A DNA stretch of 63,067 nucleotides from a virus (Duplodnaviria; Caudoviricetes). Positions 15,996-25,786 of the stretch are shown piece after piece. Position 1 is the first letter of the stretch. Each line of letters opens with the position of its first letter. The notes below the pieces were generated by a model that made no database searches, was not told the DNA's origin, and saw only the letters and a program-made list of their open reading frames with translations. The DNA lies in the IMG/VR virus record IMGVR_UViG_3300017963_000288, positions 1 through 63,067 of that record; one strand, written 5' to 3'. The translations under genes were made by a program, and so were the position numbers.

Positions 15996-16019
15996 AATGT
16001 GTTATTCCTCATATATTAT

Positions 16020-16048
16020 AGATTAGAAAATCGCCGTAATTCCGTCAA
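16020..16048 (-). promoter_or_regulatory. sigma70-type promoter of the early leftward operon
   Basis: TTGACG-17nt-TAATCT, with an overlapping TATAAT just downstream; overlapped by inverted repeat AAATCGCCG(16028-16036)/CGGCGATTT(16057-16065). Confidence 0.6.
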
Positions 16049-16137
16049 GGGGAATCCGGCGATTTAGTGCGATTATCTGAAATTTTAAGTCATTATAAGC
16101 AAAGAACTTATGGCGACGAGCGGAAAATAATTGGAGA

Positions 16138-16620
16138 CTATGCCGGATTTTCCGGGGGTGACACCATGGCTATGGCGATTTTCCGTCCCAATTCAGGACG
16201 CCCCTGGCACAAGGCGAGCATGGCGACCTTCTTCTTCGTCTCTGGTGGCACCCCGCTGAAATCGCTTGACACGCCATCGACAAAAATCCGCGCCTTTATA
16301 CAACACCCGTCGCCGATCCCCAACAAGAGTTGCAGGGATGGGCAAACTTCCGCGAAGACACAAGTCGCTTCCCCATTTTTGTCGTAATCCAAGAGCGGGC
16401 ATGGCAGATCATAAGGCGAAACGCCAAGTTCTATCGCAATCGGGCAAACGACCGTGATACAACAGAATCCGCAACGTGTGCAATTGTTCGGAAAGGTCAC
16501 GCGACCCGCAGTACCCCCCGCCGAAAGTTTCCATTCCACAGGGGTTGATTGCATCGTTCGTCCAACTGCTGAATCGCCAGTTCCCGTTTCCGTCACCCTG
16601 CCGTTCGTTCCGTTTCCCAT
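16138..16620 (-). CDS. YkgJ-like CxxCxxCC cysteine-cluster protein
   Basis: CTRCGFCC...CP...CPLL...C; AAGGA RBS. Confidence 0.65.
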   Translation of the reverse strand: MGNGTNGRVTETGTGDSAVGRTMQSTPVEWKLSAGGTAGRVTFPNNCTRCGFCCITVVCPIAIELGVSPYDLPCPLLDYDKNGEATCVFAEVCPSLQLLLGIGDGCCIKARIFVDGVSSDFSGVPPETKKKVAMLALCQGRPELGRKIAIAMVSPPENPA

Positions 16621-17151
16621 GATAGATTTCCTTTCGTTGTTTCGCGTTCAGTTCTGTTATAACCTGGCGTTTTGCCGCTCATATCACGCCCCCATCTTTC
16701 CTGTGACTAACAATCCCTAACCCCCGGCCCTTATAATTACGTTGGCGGCCAATTCCTACGGCGACAACCAACGTCGTCGAGGACCTTCCGTGATGGAACA
16801 CAGACTCCTTTTCCAGCGTGTCGGGATCACTCCGACGCTGTGGCGTTTGGGCTGTACGTGTGCCTTGGCCGCTTCCGGTGCCACCACGCCGTTTGCCAAT
16901 CTGGGCTATATTCGCCGAACCTAGTGTCAAGAACGGCTGAATTTCCGAAATTCTTTTGCGATGGGCTTGTATCACGTATGATGCGAGTTATAATTCAAAA
17001 GACGCTCATGGTTCCTCGTGAGGTCGGGGGCGGTTCGGTGCCTACAAGTTTCTGACCGCCCCACTATTATATCGTCACCGAATCACCAAGGAAGGTCATC
17101 ACCTCTACGCGAATTTCTCATTTCCGAAATTCAACGCCTTGGAACCATGAC

Positions 17152-18036
17152 ATGAAAGCAATCATTACCGGCGGCGCAGGATTCATCGGCCACCATTTAG
17201 TGACCTCTTTACTCGCCAGGGGCGATCAAGTCCTGGTTATTGATGACCTATCAACCGGGAGAGCCGATCCGACGATATACGGCCGCCTACTCGTTCACGA
17301 CATTACGATGCCGATCCGCCATGACCTCGAACAGTTCGCCGATGCGAGCGTTATGTTCCATCTTGCCGCCAAAGCGCGTGTACAGCCCAGCATAGCCGAT
17401 CCGATCTACTTCAATCAGACCAATGTCGTCGGCACCCTGCGAATGCTATGGTTGGCAAAAGAACTCGGCATTCGCCGTTTCGTATTCGCATCGAGTTCAT
17501 CCGTCTACGGCAATTGCAATACAATGCCATTGTCTGCCGAACAGACCAAACCTAACCCAATCTCCCCATACGGTCTACAAAAACTTATCGGCGAACAATA
17601 CTGCCGGTTATTCTCATCGCTATACGGCGTCGATACCGTCTGTTTGCGATTTTTCAACGTGTATGGCGATGGGATGTCTCACGGTCAATATGCGATGGTC
17701 ATCCAAAAGTTTCTTGACCAGCGCGAATTGGGAGAATTGTTGACGATCTATGGTGACGGAAGTCATCGGCGAGATTTCACTCATGTTAGTGACATCGTAC
17801 GCGCGGTCATCCTTGCCGGGGATCGCAAACGACCGTTCGAGGGCAAACCACTCAACGTCGGTCGCGGATCGAATGTCTCGGTTGCCGAGTTTGCCGCAAT
17901 GGTTGGCGGTCCAACTAGGTATCTTCCGGCAGTGCCCGAACCAGCCGAGACGCTTGCAGGGATCGCGACAACGAAGACGGAATTGAGTTGGGAGCCGGTG
18001 GTTGATCTTCAAACGTGGCTTGAGTCCACGGGATGA
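17152..18036 (+). CDS. NAD-dependent UDP-glucose 4-epimerase-like SDR
   Basis: ITGGAGFIG, FHLAA, SSSSVYG, PYGLQK, LRFFNVYG, RDFTHVSD. Confidence 0.92.
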   Translation: MKAIITGGAGFIGHHLVTSLLARGDQVLVIDDLSTGRADPTIYGRLLVHDITMPIRHDLEQFADASVMFHLAAKARVQPSIADPIYFNQTNVVGTLRMLWLAKELGIRRFVFASSSSVYGNCNTMPLSAEQTKPNPISPYGLQKLIGEQYCRLFSSLYGVDTVCLRFFNVYGDGMSHGQYAMVIQKFLDQRELGELLTIYGDGSHRRDFTHVSDIVRAVILAGDRKRPFEGKPLNVGRGSNVSVAEFAAMVGGPTRYLPAVPEPAETLAGIATTKTELSWEPVVDLQTWLESTG

Positions 18037-18129
18037 TCTTGTGACAATTCGGGCAGATGTAGGGTCGTGGCTTCCCTTTGCGTCGCGTAACGACGGTTCC
18101 TCGATGTTCGTGACACTCGGCTACCCAGA

Positions 18130-18333
18130 TCATAGTATCGCTTTCAACAGGGCGTGGCGTTGAAAGTCATCGACAGACACCCCAAAAACCCGCGTCCAGT
18201 TTACACCGGACGCGGGCGGCTTTTCTACCCAACCCCGAGTCAACAACAACTGCACAAGTTGTTTGGGCTCCTTGGGTTTAGGTAACGTCGGCCCACTATG
18301 GACCGGCGAGATAATCGGCGGCAAGGAACTCAA
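18130..18333 (-). CDS. hypothetical protein
   Basis: Small ORF in the minus-strand chain. Confidence 0.35.
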   Translation of the reverse strand: MSSLPPIISPVHSGPTLPKPKEPKQLVQLLLTRGWVEKPPASGVNWTRVFGVSVDDFQRHALLKAIL

Positions 18334-18997
18334 CGCATCGCCCCTGGCTTATTTCGGGGCCATCGTCCGCATGCCGCTGCTTCATTCGCTGCAACGCTTG
18401 GTCGAAAATCTCCCGCTGTTCTTTGGTGACGCTAATTGGTCGCCCCATGGTGGGCCGCTCTGAATCGTCCGAGATTGGCCCCTGGACGCCCTGGCTGACC
18501 ATGGGGATGGATTGTCCTATTCGAGGTCTTGCTGCCGTTAGCGTGGACGAGGCGGGCTCTGACGGCAATTCTGGGGGGATTAGGTCGGCAATCAGTCCAT
18601 CTAATTGCCCATCGGTCCATCCAAGTCCAGACAACGACACGCCTTCGCTCTGGAGCCGGTCGAGGATGTCGGACAATTCCGGCATATTCCAGGACGCTAG
18701 TTCTGCCGTTCGATTCAATGTCACAGCTAGAGCATCGGCCTCTATTTCGCTCACTTCCAAGAATACGACGCGGCAGAACGGCCATTTTAGCTCACGCATG
18801 GCCGCGTAGCGACCACAGCCATGAATGATCGTCTTATCGGCTTTGCGTACGAGGATCGGCTCTGGTTGGCCGAACGTCCGCAGGCTCTCTTTGATCGCGG
18901 CGATATTTTCTGCCGAGTGCTTGCGCGGGTTCTGCTCGGGCAGCGACAATTCGCGCAGGGCCACTTGCTCGATCTTTAGGTTCTGACCGCGAGCCAT
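18296..18997 (-). CDS. ParB-like nuclease-domain protein
   Basis: NPRKHS..NIAAIKESLRTFGQPEPILV...IIHGCGRYAA...LNRTAELASW. Confidence 0.85.
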   Translation of the reverse strand: MARGQNLKIEQVALRELSLPEQNPRKHSAENIAAIKESLRTFGQPEPILVRKADKTIIHGCGRYAAMRELKWPFCRVVFLEVSEIEADALAVTLNRTAELASWNMPELSDILDRLQSEGVSLSGLGWTDGQLDGLIADLIPPELPSEPASSTLTAARPRIGQSIPMVSQGVQGPISDDSERPTMGRPISVTKEQREIFDQALQRMKQRHADDGPEISQGRCVEFLAADYLAGP

Positions 18998-18998
18998 A

Positions 18999-19457
18999 TC
19001 ATCCCTTCGAGCCGTTCGACTTCCATGCGCTGACCGATCCGAACAAGCGGACGGCCATCCACATGCACCAGCGGCGCCACAACGGTACGCCGAGGCGGTG
19101 CATCGCATCGCGAAAGATCGCATCAGCCAGCCATCGCGAGCACCACGGAACCGCAATGGAGTAGAGGTAATCGTGAAGCACGGCCGCTCGATTCCATTTG
19201 CCGGAGGGCGGGAAGATCGACCACAGCGGGATACCGAGGTAGTGTGTCCATCGTGGGATACGACGGAGAATCCAATTCGGCAGCGACCCTACGCCGATCC
19301 AACGAGGTACGCTCGCAAAGTCGGTGATGAATCCGGCTGGCACGGTCAGCGTGTGGCCGGGGAAGACTTCGTATTCCAGCGGCTCCAATAATTTCCAACG
19401 CTGCCGACCATCGACAACATCGTATTCTTCAAGTCGCAGCTTTCCGCTGAACTTCAC
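18999..19457 (-). CDS. DUF1353-like protein
   Basis: VPAGFITDFASVP...AAVLHDYLY...ADAIF...AVRLFG. Confidence 0.85.
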   Translation of the reverse strand: MKFSGKLRLEEYDVVDGRQRWKLLEPLEYEVFPGHTLTVPAGFITDFASVPRWIGVGSLPNWILRRIPRWTHYLGIPLWSIFPPSGKWNRAAVLHDYLYSIAVPWCSRWLADAIFRDAMHRLGVPLWRRWCMWMAVRLFGSVSAWKSNGSKG

Positions 19458-19544
19458 GTTGTAGTCTCCGCTTGTGTAGAGCCTTTCGCGAAAGGTTTTT
19501 CTTGCGGCCGGATTGTCGGTGCCCCTTCACTCGCCGTCTGCGTC

Positions 19545-19775
19545 TCATCGCCGCCACCGCCTCCATTGGGAAAAGACCCGGCGACGAGCAGGGGGATAGC
19601 TGCGCCGCCGGGCGTCAAGGGATGCGTCTTGCCTCCGCAGGGAAGCGTCTTCTTTGGTGCCGCTGACTGGGGGATTGCGGTAACAACGGCCACCCGCGCA
19701 TTGCGCCGCTGACCATCGCGGAGACAAGAGGGCAGATAGCCCAACGACAATAAACAGCACGACCGTTCGCATCAC
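19545..19775 (-). CDS. small exported/basic protein
   Basis: Signal-peptide-like N-terminus, QCAGGRC motif, Arg-rich tail. Confidence 0.5.
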   Translation of the reverse strand: MMRTVVLFIVVGLSALLSPRWSAAQCAGGRCYRNPPVSGTKEDASLRRQDASLDARRRSYPPARRRVFSQWRRWRR

Positions 19776-19993
19776 CCACTCCTTGCAATAGGGTCATCTG
19801 GTTCGACGTGGACGCCATTCAGCTTGAGGATAAACACGTCCCTGCCTTGTTCAGGCACTCGCTCGACTCGCAAGCCGTCGCTGCGCAACGCGCCGCGAAG
19901 TTCCGCTAACAACCGGCGAGCATCACAAGCCGCCGCCTTTGCTTCGTTCGCCGCTGCAATCACAGCGGCCCTTGCTGGTCCTACTCGCATCAT
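19772..19993 (-). CDS. hypothetical protein
   Basis: ATGA overlap with the peptidase gene. Confidence 0.5.
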   Translation of the reverse strand: MMRVGPARAAVIAAANEAKAAACDARRLLAELRGALRSDGLRVERVPEQGRDVFILKLNGVHVEPDDPIARSG

Positions 19994-20847
19994 GCCACCG
20001 TAATCAGACTCGGGGGAAGATGGAAACCTTGGAGGTTGGGGTGCCAGATAGAGGTCGCGGCGTAGACGCCATAGCCGAGCAATCTGCTCGACAGGGTATC
20101 ATAGCCGTAGCCGTCATCACCCCAATCGCCCCAACTATTCTGATACATGACGTACCACCGCCCGTTTCGCCAGACGAGGGCAACGGCGCAGATTGCGTGA
20201 CCGCTCCGGCCATAGCTGACCGGAATATCAAGCAACAGACAAGTGGCGAATTGCTCAACGGTGGTCAACTTCACATACTCGGCGATTCGGAATTGCTTGG
20301 CGATCTCCTGCCAACCGTCCGGTCGCGGGTTGCTCCGTTGTGAAAACCCCACATCTTTCAGGACGAGCGAACCGAACCGCGCGCGGTTCGCTGGGGTATC
20401 GCTGGGGATGAATCCCACATCGCGAGCCTTGGTGAGATTGCAAGACAAACTCGATCCGCTCCCGCTCGATGACCCGCAAAGCTGGTAGAGCGACATCGGC
20501 GAAAACGACACCCAAAAGGACCGGCCGAACGTCTTGACGAGGACATACTCGTATCCTCGCGTCTGATCGTTGCTGGTACACGACCCCTCGCCGTCCTGGT
20601 CTTTCGTGGGAAGCTCAAGGCTGCGCAAGCTGTACCCTTGCTTTGCGTCGAAAACCTCCTTCCAGTCGTCCTCGGCGATGACGTTAATGCCCGAGGCGGA
20701 GAATGGGGTTGCGGCGATAATCTCGTCCCTCGCCGCTTCGGTTTCTTCGATGCAACCGAGCATCCGGCCACAGTCTTTGGCCGACTTAACAAAGTCAACG
20801 TCGATCCACTCCGGCTTCAACTCTTGCGGTATTGCGCCAGCTACCAT
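19990..20847 (-). CDS. papain-like (C1) cysteine peptidase
   Basis: DQDGEGSC (Gln/Cys), GHAICAV (His), QNSWGDWGDDGYG (Asn). Confidence 0.9.
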   Translation of the reverse strand: MVAGAIPQELKPEWIDVDFVKSAKDCGRMLGCIEETEAARDEIIAATPFSASGINVIAEDDWKEVFDAKQGYSLRSLELPTKDQDGEGSCTSNDQTRGYEYVLVKTFGRSFWVSFSPMSLYQLCGSSSGSGSSLSCNLTKARDVGFIPSDTPANRARFGSLVLKDVGFSQRSNPRPDGWQEIAKQFRIAEYVKLTTVEQFATCLLLDIPVSYGRSGHAICAVALVWRNGRWYVMYQNSWGDWGDDGYGYDTLSSRLLGYGVYAATSIWHPNLQGFHLPPSLITVA

Positions 20848-20851
20848 CGCA

Positions 20852-21601
20852 TCAGCCTCCGAACTCTGCGACCTTGGCCTTGAGGTCTGGGATTGTCGAC
20901 GGGCTCGGGCCGTGCCACAGGATTCGGTGGGGCGGCTCGTTCTCGATCAGAAACAAGGTCGGGGTGGGGTCGTCGTTTCGTCGCTTCGCCTGATAGGGCG
21001 CATACGCCGACTGCTTCGCATCGTCGTCCGCATCCTTTATCACATGCTCCCTGAATAGCCCCCCCTTCTGCTCGGCTCGCAGCCGAGTGAAAAACGTCGC
21101 CCACCCAGCCGCCACCAAGGGATCGGCCGTCGAGTCCGGCGTCTGCTCCCGCAGGAAAAGGAGGTAGCGGGGGCCCTTCTCTGGAATCGGTGGCACCGGA
21201 GGGTCCGGCTCAGGTACCTCCCCGACCTGGATCGCACGAAACGCCACAGGCAAGACCGCTTTCGTCTTGTCAGTCCGGTCAATCGCAAAGACGAACGTCA
21301 CGCCGGGCTCGGCCGGTGCCGTCACTTCGGCTTCGATTGTCACTTGGAATCCATCGGGCACGATCCGCATACGAAGTTCAACCCCGAGCAATTCGTTTTC
21401 ATGCTGAACCTGAACCTTCCGGACCTCATTCACGATGTCGGCAATCGTGCTCGTCTCGGTCAGGTCGAACGTCGCGCCGTCAATCTCGACCAAAAAGGTT
21501 TCTCGCGGGGCCACCTTATCGGGGCCACGGATCGAAAGGGCCGCGTGAAGTGTGGAGGCAATCGCCAACACAACAAGCACCGCTAAGACAAGGCGTTTCA
21601 T
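20852..21601 (-). CDS. exported protein with Pro-rich linker
   Basis: MKRLVLAVLVVLAIASTLHA signal peptide; PEPDPPVPPIP. Confidence 0.75.
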   Translation of the reverse strand: MKRLVLAVLVVLAIASTLHAALSIRGPDKVAPRETFLVEIDGATFDLTETSTIADIVNEVRKVQVQHENELLGVELRMRIVPDGFQVTIEAEVTAPAEPGVTFVFAIDRTDKTKAVLPVAFRAIQVGEVPEPDPPVPPIPEKGPRYLLFLREQTPDSTADPLVAAGWATFFTRLRAEQKGGLFREHVIKDADDDAKQSAYAPYQAKRRNDDPTPTLFLIENEPPHRILWHGPSPSTIPDLKAKVAEFGG

Positions 21602-21631
21602 GGCTTGCTCCGTTAGTGTGAAACGGTACGA

Positions 21632-22066
21632 TCAAGCGACAAGCACAAACACACCGGGCGGCGCGGCTGCAATAATCGGCGGCTGCGCGGTATCGACGAA
21701 GAGTGGCAAAAACTTGAGGATCAATTCAAGAAGTCGCTCGATGAAATCAAGCAGCGCATCCCAGTTAATTGCCGCCGCTTCTTCTTGAAATGCTTTTGGG
21801 TTCTCGTTAGTCAATACTGTGAGAACCTGCGCGGAGGCGACGGCCGGATCATCCGACAGCTCCCCTTTCTTCTTGAGGTCAATCGCTATGCGTCGCACGT
21901 TCCGAAACGTCACGCCGAGCTTGCGTCGCTGGCGTCTTGTGAGTGACCCTACGTCATCGTCATCGGTTGTCACTACGGGCTTGTCGTCCACCGTGATTGT
22001 ATCGGCCGCATAGAGTGGCGATGTCAAGAACACGAAGCAGAGCAGAAGAATGAGCAGTCGCTTCAT
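21632..22066 (-). CDS. exported/membrane protein
   Basis: MKRLLILLLCFVF signal peptide; amphipathic WDALLDFIERLLELILKFLPLF; AAAGGAG RBS. Confidence 0.75.
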   Translation of the reverse strand: MKRLLILLLCFVFLTSPLYAADTITVDDKPVVTTDDDDVGSLTRRQRRKLGVTFRNVRRIAIDLKKKGELSDDPAVASAQVLTVLTNENPKAFQEEAAAINWDALLDFIERLLELILKFLPLFVDTAQPPIIAAAPPGVFVLVA

Positions 22067-22109
22067 GGCGAGGCTCCTTTCGCTGATTGGAGGGGGTTGC
22101 TTTCTCGTA

Positions 22110-22270
22110 TTTCTACCATGGCTAGCTTGCGTGTCAAGACCAAGCTGATTGACCCCGATAAGCTGGACGGCTCGTAGGGAGAACAGGGGGGCATCGTTAG
22201 GTATTTCGTCGCCGTCAAAATCGTTGGTTTTGTCGCTGGTTATTTGACCAAATCGGTCCAGAGGTATAAT
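22110..22270. promoter_or_regulatory. divergent promoter region
   Basis: Minus strand TTGACA(22137-22132)-16nt-TAGAAA; plus strand TTGACC(22244-22249)-15nt-TATAAT(22265-22270). Confidence 0.45.
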
Positions 22271-22369
22271 TGAGCGCATGGCTATGGCCACAAAATCACC
22301 CCCCCCGTTGGGGCAAACAACGTGATAATTTATCAGGTTGCCCCGCCAATCACGAAGGAGTACGGACGC

Positions 22370-23341
22370 ATGAGTATCAAAAATGTACGGATCGACCGGA
22401 TTGAAGTTGACCTCTCCGTTTTGCCTCGCTGCAACGAGAACGACCCACTGATTACGGAATACGCCAACCTACGCCGAGTCGGTATTGAGTTTCCACCAAT
22501 CGTGATCTTCCGCGACGCCGATGGTGTGCATTGGCTGGCCGATGGTCACAAGCGGCTTATGGCAGAACGGACCTTGGAAAACAACGTAATACGTGCATCC
22601 GTCCGGAAGGGTGACCAGAGTCGTGCCCGCTGGTTCGCGGCTGGAGCCAACAGCGAACACGGGCAGCGAATGACCACCGCCGATTGCAGACAGGCGATTC
22701 AGAATTGTCTCAACGACAAAACGCTTGCCGATAAGAGTGACGCCGTGATTGCCGATCACATCGGTTGTAGTAGATCGACGGTTCAAAAGGTCCGCCACAC
22801 GTTAGAAAAACAAGGTACCATTCAAAAGGTCGAGAAACGCACGGGCAAAGATGGGCGCACGCGAGCATCGAGTTCACCACAACCAACCACGGCCCGCCAG
22901 GGTCGCCCCTCTACTGCCAAAACACAAGTCATAAAGGCGAAAGAATTGAAGGACGAACTCGGGCAGGAGTGTCCCGAGTTTCTTCGGCAAATCATCGCCG
23001 ACACACAAGACATCAAACGGCTGCTGACGGAGCACGCGGCGATCTATCAGCGATGGGAACAATTTGCGAGTTTGAAGAGTGGGGCGGGGCAAGGGTTGCA
23101 TGTTCGGTCCATGATCGACGTTGGGAAGGAAGAACGGCTCGCGGCACAGAATGGCATGTTCTATTGTCGCTGCCCAAATTGTTGGGATAAGGCCACACGA
23201 CCCACGAAATGCCTTTGCGGTGGCAAAGGTAAGGGCGAAAAAAAATACGTCGATCCAAAAGGTGAAAAACACGACAAAGCCCCCGGTTGGTTGACGCGAG
23301 AAGAATACCACGCATACCTGTCACACACACGAGGGGCATGA
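22370..23341 (+). CDS. ParB-like N-terminal domain + HTH protein with C-terminal Cys cluster
   Basis: FPPIVIF...WLADGHKRL...ANSEHG; SDAVIADHIGCSRSTVQKVR; AAGGAG RBS. Confidence 0.85.
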   Translation: MSIKNVRIDRIEVDLSVLPRCNENDPLITEYANLRRVGIEFPPIVIFRDADGVHWLADGHKRLMAERTLENNVIRASVRKGDQSRARWFAAGANSEHGQRMTTADCRQAIQNCLNDKTLADKSDAVIADHIGCSRSTVQKVRHTLEKQGTIQKVEKRTGKDGRTRASSSPQPTTARQGRPSTAKTQVIKAKELKDELGQECPEFLRQIIADTQDIKRLLTEHAAIYQRWEQFASLKSGAGQGLHVRSMIDVGKEERLAAQNGMFYCRCPNCWDKATRPTKCLCGGKGKGEKKYVDPKGEKHDKAPGWLTREEYHAYLSHTRGA

Positions 23342-23404
23342 CGTACAATCCAGATATCGTCTACTCCATTAACTATCTACAACCCGCCAAACAAAGGAAT
23401 TATA

Positions 23405-23695
23405 ATGCCTTGCCCGACCTGTGACCATACAATGCACAAGATCGCAACCGTGAACATCCGAGACTCCCTGTTTTGGTGTCCGCGTTGTGGAACGATCAAA
23501 AACTCCACCATACGAAGCGGTGCCGACCTGAATGTGCCGAAACTGCCGTCCAGAGCATCACAACTGTGTGAATCAGCCGAGGCGGCCCTGGCAATACTCC
23601 GATTCCACCATCACACAACGACAGCGGATAGCCTATCGCGAGACATCCGAACGGTGCTTGAATCCTGCCGCTGCATAACAAGTGGTGAGGCGTAG
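23405..23695 (+). CDS. zinc-ribbon protein
   Basis: CPTC...WCPRCG; AAGGA RBS. Confidence 0.6.
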   Translation: MPCPTCDHTMHKIATVNIRDSLFWCPRCGTIKNSTIRSGADLNVPKLPSRASQLCESAEAALAILRFHHHTTTADSLSRDIRTVLESCRCITSGEA

Positions 23696-23723
23696 AATCA
23701 ACCCCGACAGAGGAGTAGAAATC

Positions 23724-23918
23724 ATGCGGTGCGACAGGTGCGGTGAGGCAAGCGGCGCGTTTACGATGTCGCGTTTTAATACCGAGATGATCTGCCTGCA
23801 ATGCGAAGAAAAGGAGCAGGCGCATCCCGAATACAAGAGAGCCTGCGAAGTCGAGCACGCGCAAGTGATAGCGGGCAACTACAATTATCCGGGTATCGGC
23901 AAGCCGGAGGACTTATGA
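23724..23918 (+). CDS. small zinc-binding phage protein
   Basis: CDRCG...MSRFNTEMICLQC...HPEY...GNYNYPGIG; AGGAG RBS. Confidence 0.75.
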   Translation: MRCDRCGEASGAFTMSRFNTEMICLQCEEKEQAHPEYKRACEVEHAQVIAGNYNYPGIGKPEDL

Positions 23919-25786
23919 CTCTGCGACAATATCAGCGCGACGCAATGATGGCGGTCATTGCAGACATTCAGTCAAAGGAACGTACACTTGTCTCCATGCC
24001 AACCGGCGTAGGCAAGACGGTGTTGGGTGCGGCACTTGCCGACTGGTGGGGCGAGAACGCCCATCGTTTCGGCATGTCGGCTCGCGTCCTTTGGTTGGCA
24101 CACAGGGACGAGCTGGTCTGGCAAGCGGCGAGAGCGCTTGAACTCGCGACCGGCGAGGAAGTTGCGGTGGAGAAATCCGATTCGCGAGCGAGAGCGACAG
24201 CGGCAATGTTCGACCGGCGCATCGTGGTTGGGAGCGTCCAGACATTGTTTCAAGAGGACCGTCGTGATAGCTTTGGACACGACGAGTTCGGCCTGATTGT
24301 AGCGGACGAGGCTCATCACTACGTTGCTCCCGCTTTTCGCGACGTAATTGACTATTTTCACGCAGCCAAGACGGTTGGATTGACGGCGACAACGGATCGA
24401 CACGACCAGATTAGTCTGGGTCAGTTGTTCGAGGGATGCGCGTACCACTATGACGTGATGCAGGCAATCGAGGACGGCTGGCTCTGCCGATTGCGCCAGG
24501 AGTACGTTGAGGTGGAGGGCCTTGATTGGTCTTCGGCCCGCAAGAGCAGCACGGGCGACTTGTCGGCAACGGACATAGACCGGATCATAAACGAAGAAAC
24601 GGTGCTCCACAAGATCGTGGTGCCTTGCGTTCGCTTGGCTGGTGATCGTCCGACTCTCGTCTTTACCCCGAGCGTCGCGACCGCGAAGGCGATAGCCGCG
24701 ATCATCCCACGCTACACAAAGGCGGGAGCGGCTGCGATCTGCGGGGACACCCCGGAGGATGAACGCCGCCGATTGGTCGATCAATACAAAGAGGGGCATT
24801 TCCAGTTTCTTGTCAACTGTATGGTCTTGACCGAGGGGTTCGATGCCCCAGCGACGGCCTGTATCGTGATGGCAAGGCCAACGAACTCTCGGACGCTCTA
24901 TGCACAGGCAATCGGCCGAGGTTTGCGCGGTGGGCACCGCTGCCCGATTCCTGGCAAGAAGGATTGTCTGATAGTCGATCTTGTCGGAGCATCGCTCAAG
25001 CACCAACTCTGCACGTCCTCTGACATACTGACGGGCAACTTTCACGAGGTCGTGCAAGAGGCCGCAAGGGGCATGCTCCGCGAGCCGCGCGAAGATGACG
25101 AGGAATCCCCTGATGTTGTCAATGCGGTCTTGGCAGCGATTGCCAACGAGGAACAGCTACGCCGGGAGCGACGCAAGAAACTGATTGCAGAGGCGAAACT
25201 CAAGCGGACAGCAGTAGACCCGTTCGGCGTCCTCGCGATGCCGGAAGTCGATCTGCCGGAGCCGGGTTTCTGGGGCGATGAATTTGTAACAGAGAAGGCA
25301 AAGGCCACGCTCGAACAAGCAGGAGTGAATACCAAGGGATTGACGCGGCTTGAGGGTGAGCGATTGGTTCGGGAGTTACGAAGGCGGGCCGAGTGTGGTA
25401 TATGCACATTCAAACAGGCGAGGCACTTGCGAGCGTGGGGTTTCGATCCGTCTATGAGTTTGATTCAAGCGAACGTGATTATCAGTAAACAATTTGCTCG
25501 GCGGAGTCGAGCGTACATTCAACCGGAGGACGCAAAGCGAAAGCACTACGCGAAGAAGCGGGGGCAAATGGTCACATACGAGGAATTGGCTTGGACGCCT
25601 ATGTGGTCGCTTGGCGAGGGCATCGAGTGTGTCGTCTGTCGCGATGGGGGCGAGCCGGTCAATCACAGAACAACCAAGCGAACGCATTTCAAGCATGGGC
25701 GAGTGGATGGAAACCTCGTCACGCTAGTAGACGACCGTGGATGGACGATCCAAACAACGGTAGATAAAGTGGACAGACTAAAATGA
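23915..25786 (+). CDS. superfamily 2 DEAH helicase
   Basis: LRQYQ, PTGVGKT, DEAHH, GLTAT, LTEGFDAP, QAIGRGLR. Confidence 0.95.
   Translation: MTLRQYQRDAMMAVIADIQSKERTLVSMPTGVGKTVLGAALADWWGENAHRFGMSARVLWLAHRDELVWQAARALELATGEEVAVEKSDSRARATAAMFDRRIVVGSVQTLFQEDRRDSFGHDEFGLIVADEAHHYVAPAFRDVIDYFHAAKTVGLTATTDRHDQISLGQLFEGCAYHYDVMQAIEDGWLCRLRQEYVEVEGLDWSSARKSSTGDLSATDIDRIINEETVLHKIVVPCVRLAGDRPTLVFTPSVATAKAIAAIIPRYTKAGAAAICGDTPEDERRRLVDQYKEGHFQFLVNCMVLTEGFDAPATACIVMARPTNSRTLYAQAIGRGLRGGHRCPIPGKKDCLIVDLVGASLKHQLCTSSDILTGNFHEVVQEAARGMLREPREDDEESPDVVNAVLAAIANEEQLRRERRKKLIAEAKLKRTAVDPFGVLAMPEVDLPEPGFWGDEFVTEKAKATLEQAGVNTKGLTRLEGERLVRELRRRAECGICTFKQARHLRAWGFDPSMSLIQANVIISKQFARRSRAYIQPEDAKRKHYAKKRGQMVTYEELAWTPMWSLGEGIECVVCRDGGEPVNHRTTKRTHFKHGRVDGNLVTLVDDRGWTIQTTVDKVDRLK

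Noticed and set aside
15731-16012. 93-aa ORF over the structured leader
   Set aside because: No RBS, no recognisable motif, and it coincides with extensive base pairing; a leaderless ORF cannot be fully excluded.
16679-16975. 98-aa minus-strand ORF in the divergent region
   Set aside because: No clear RBS or motif; not enough support to list.
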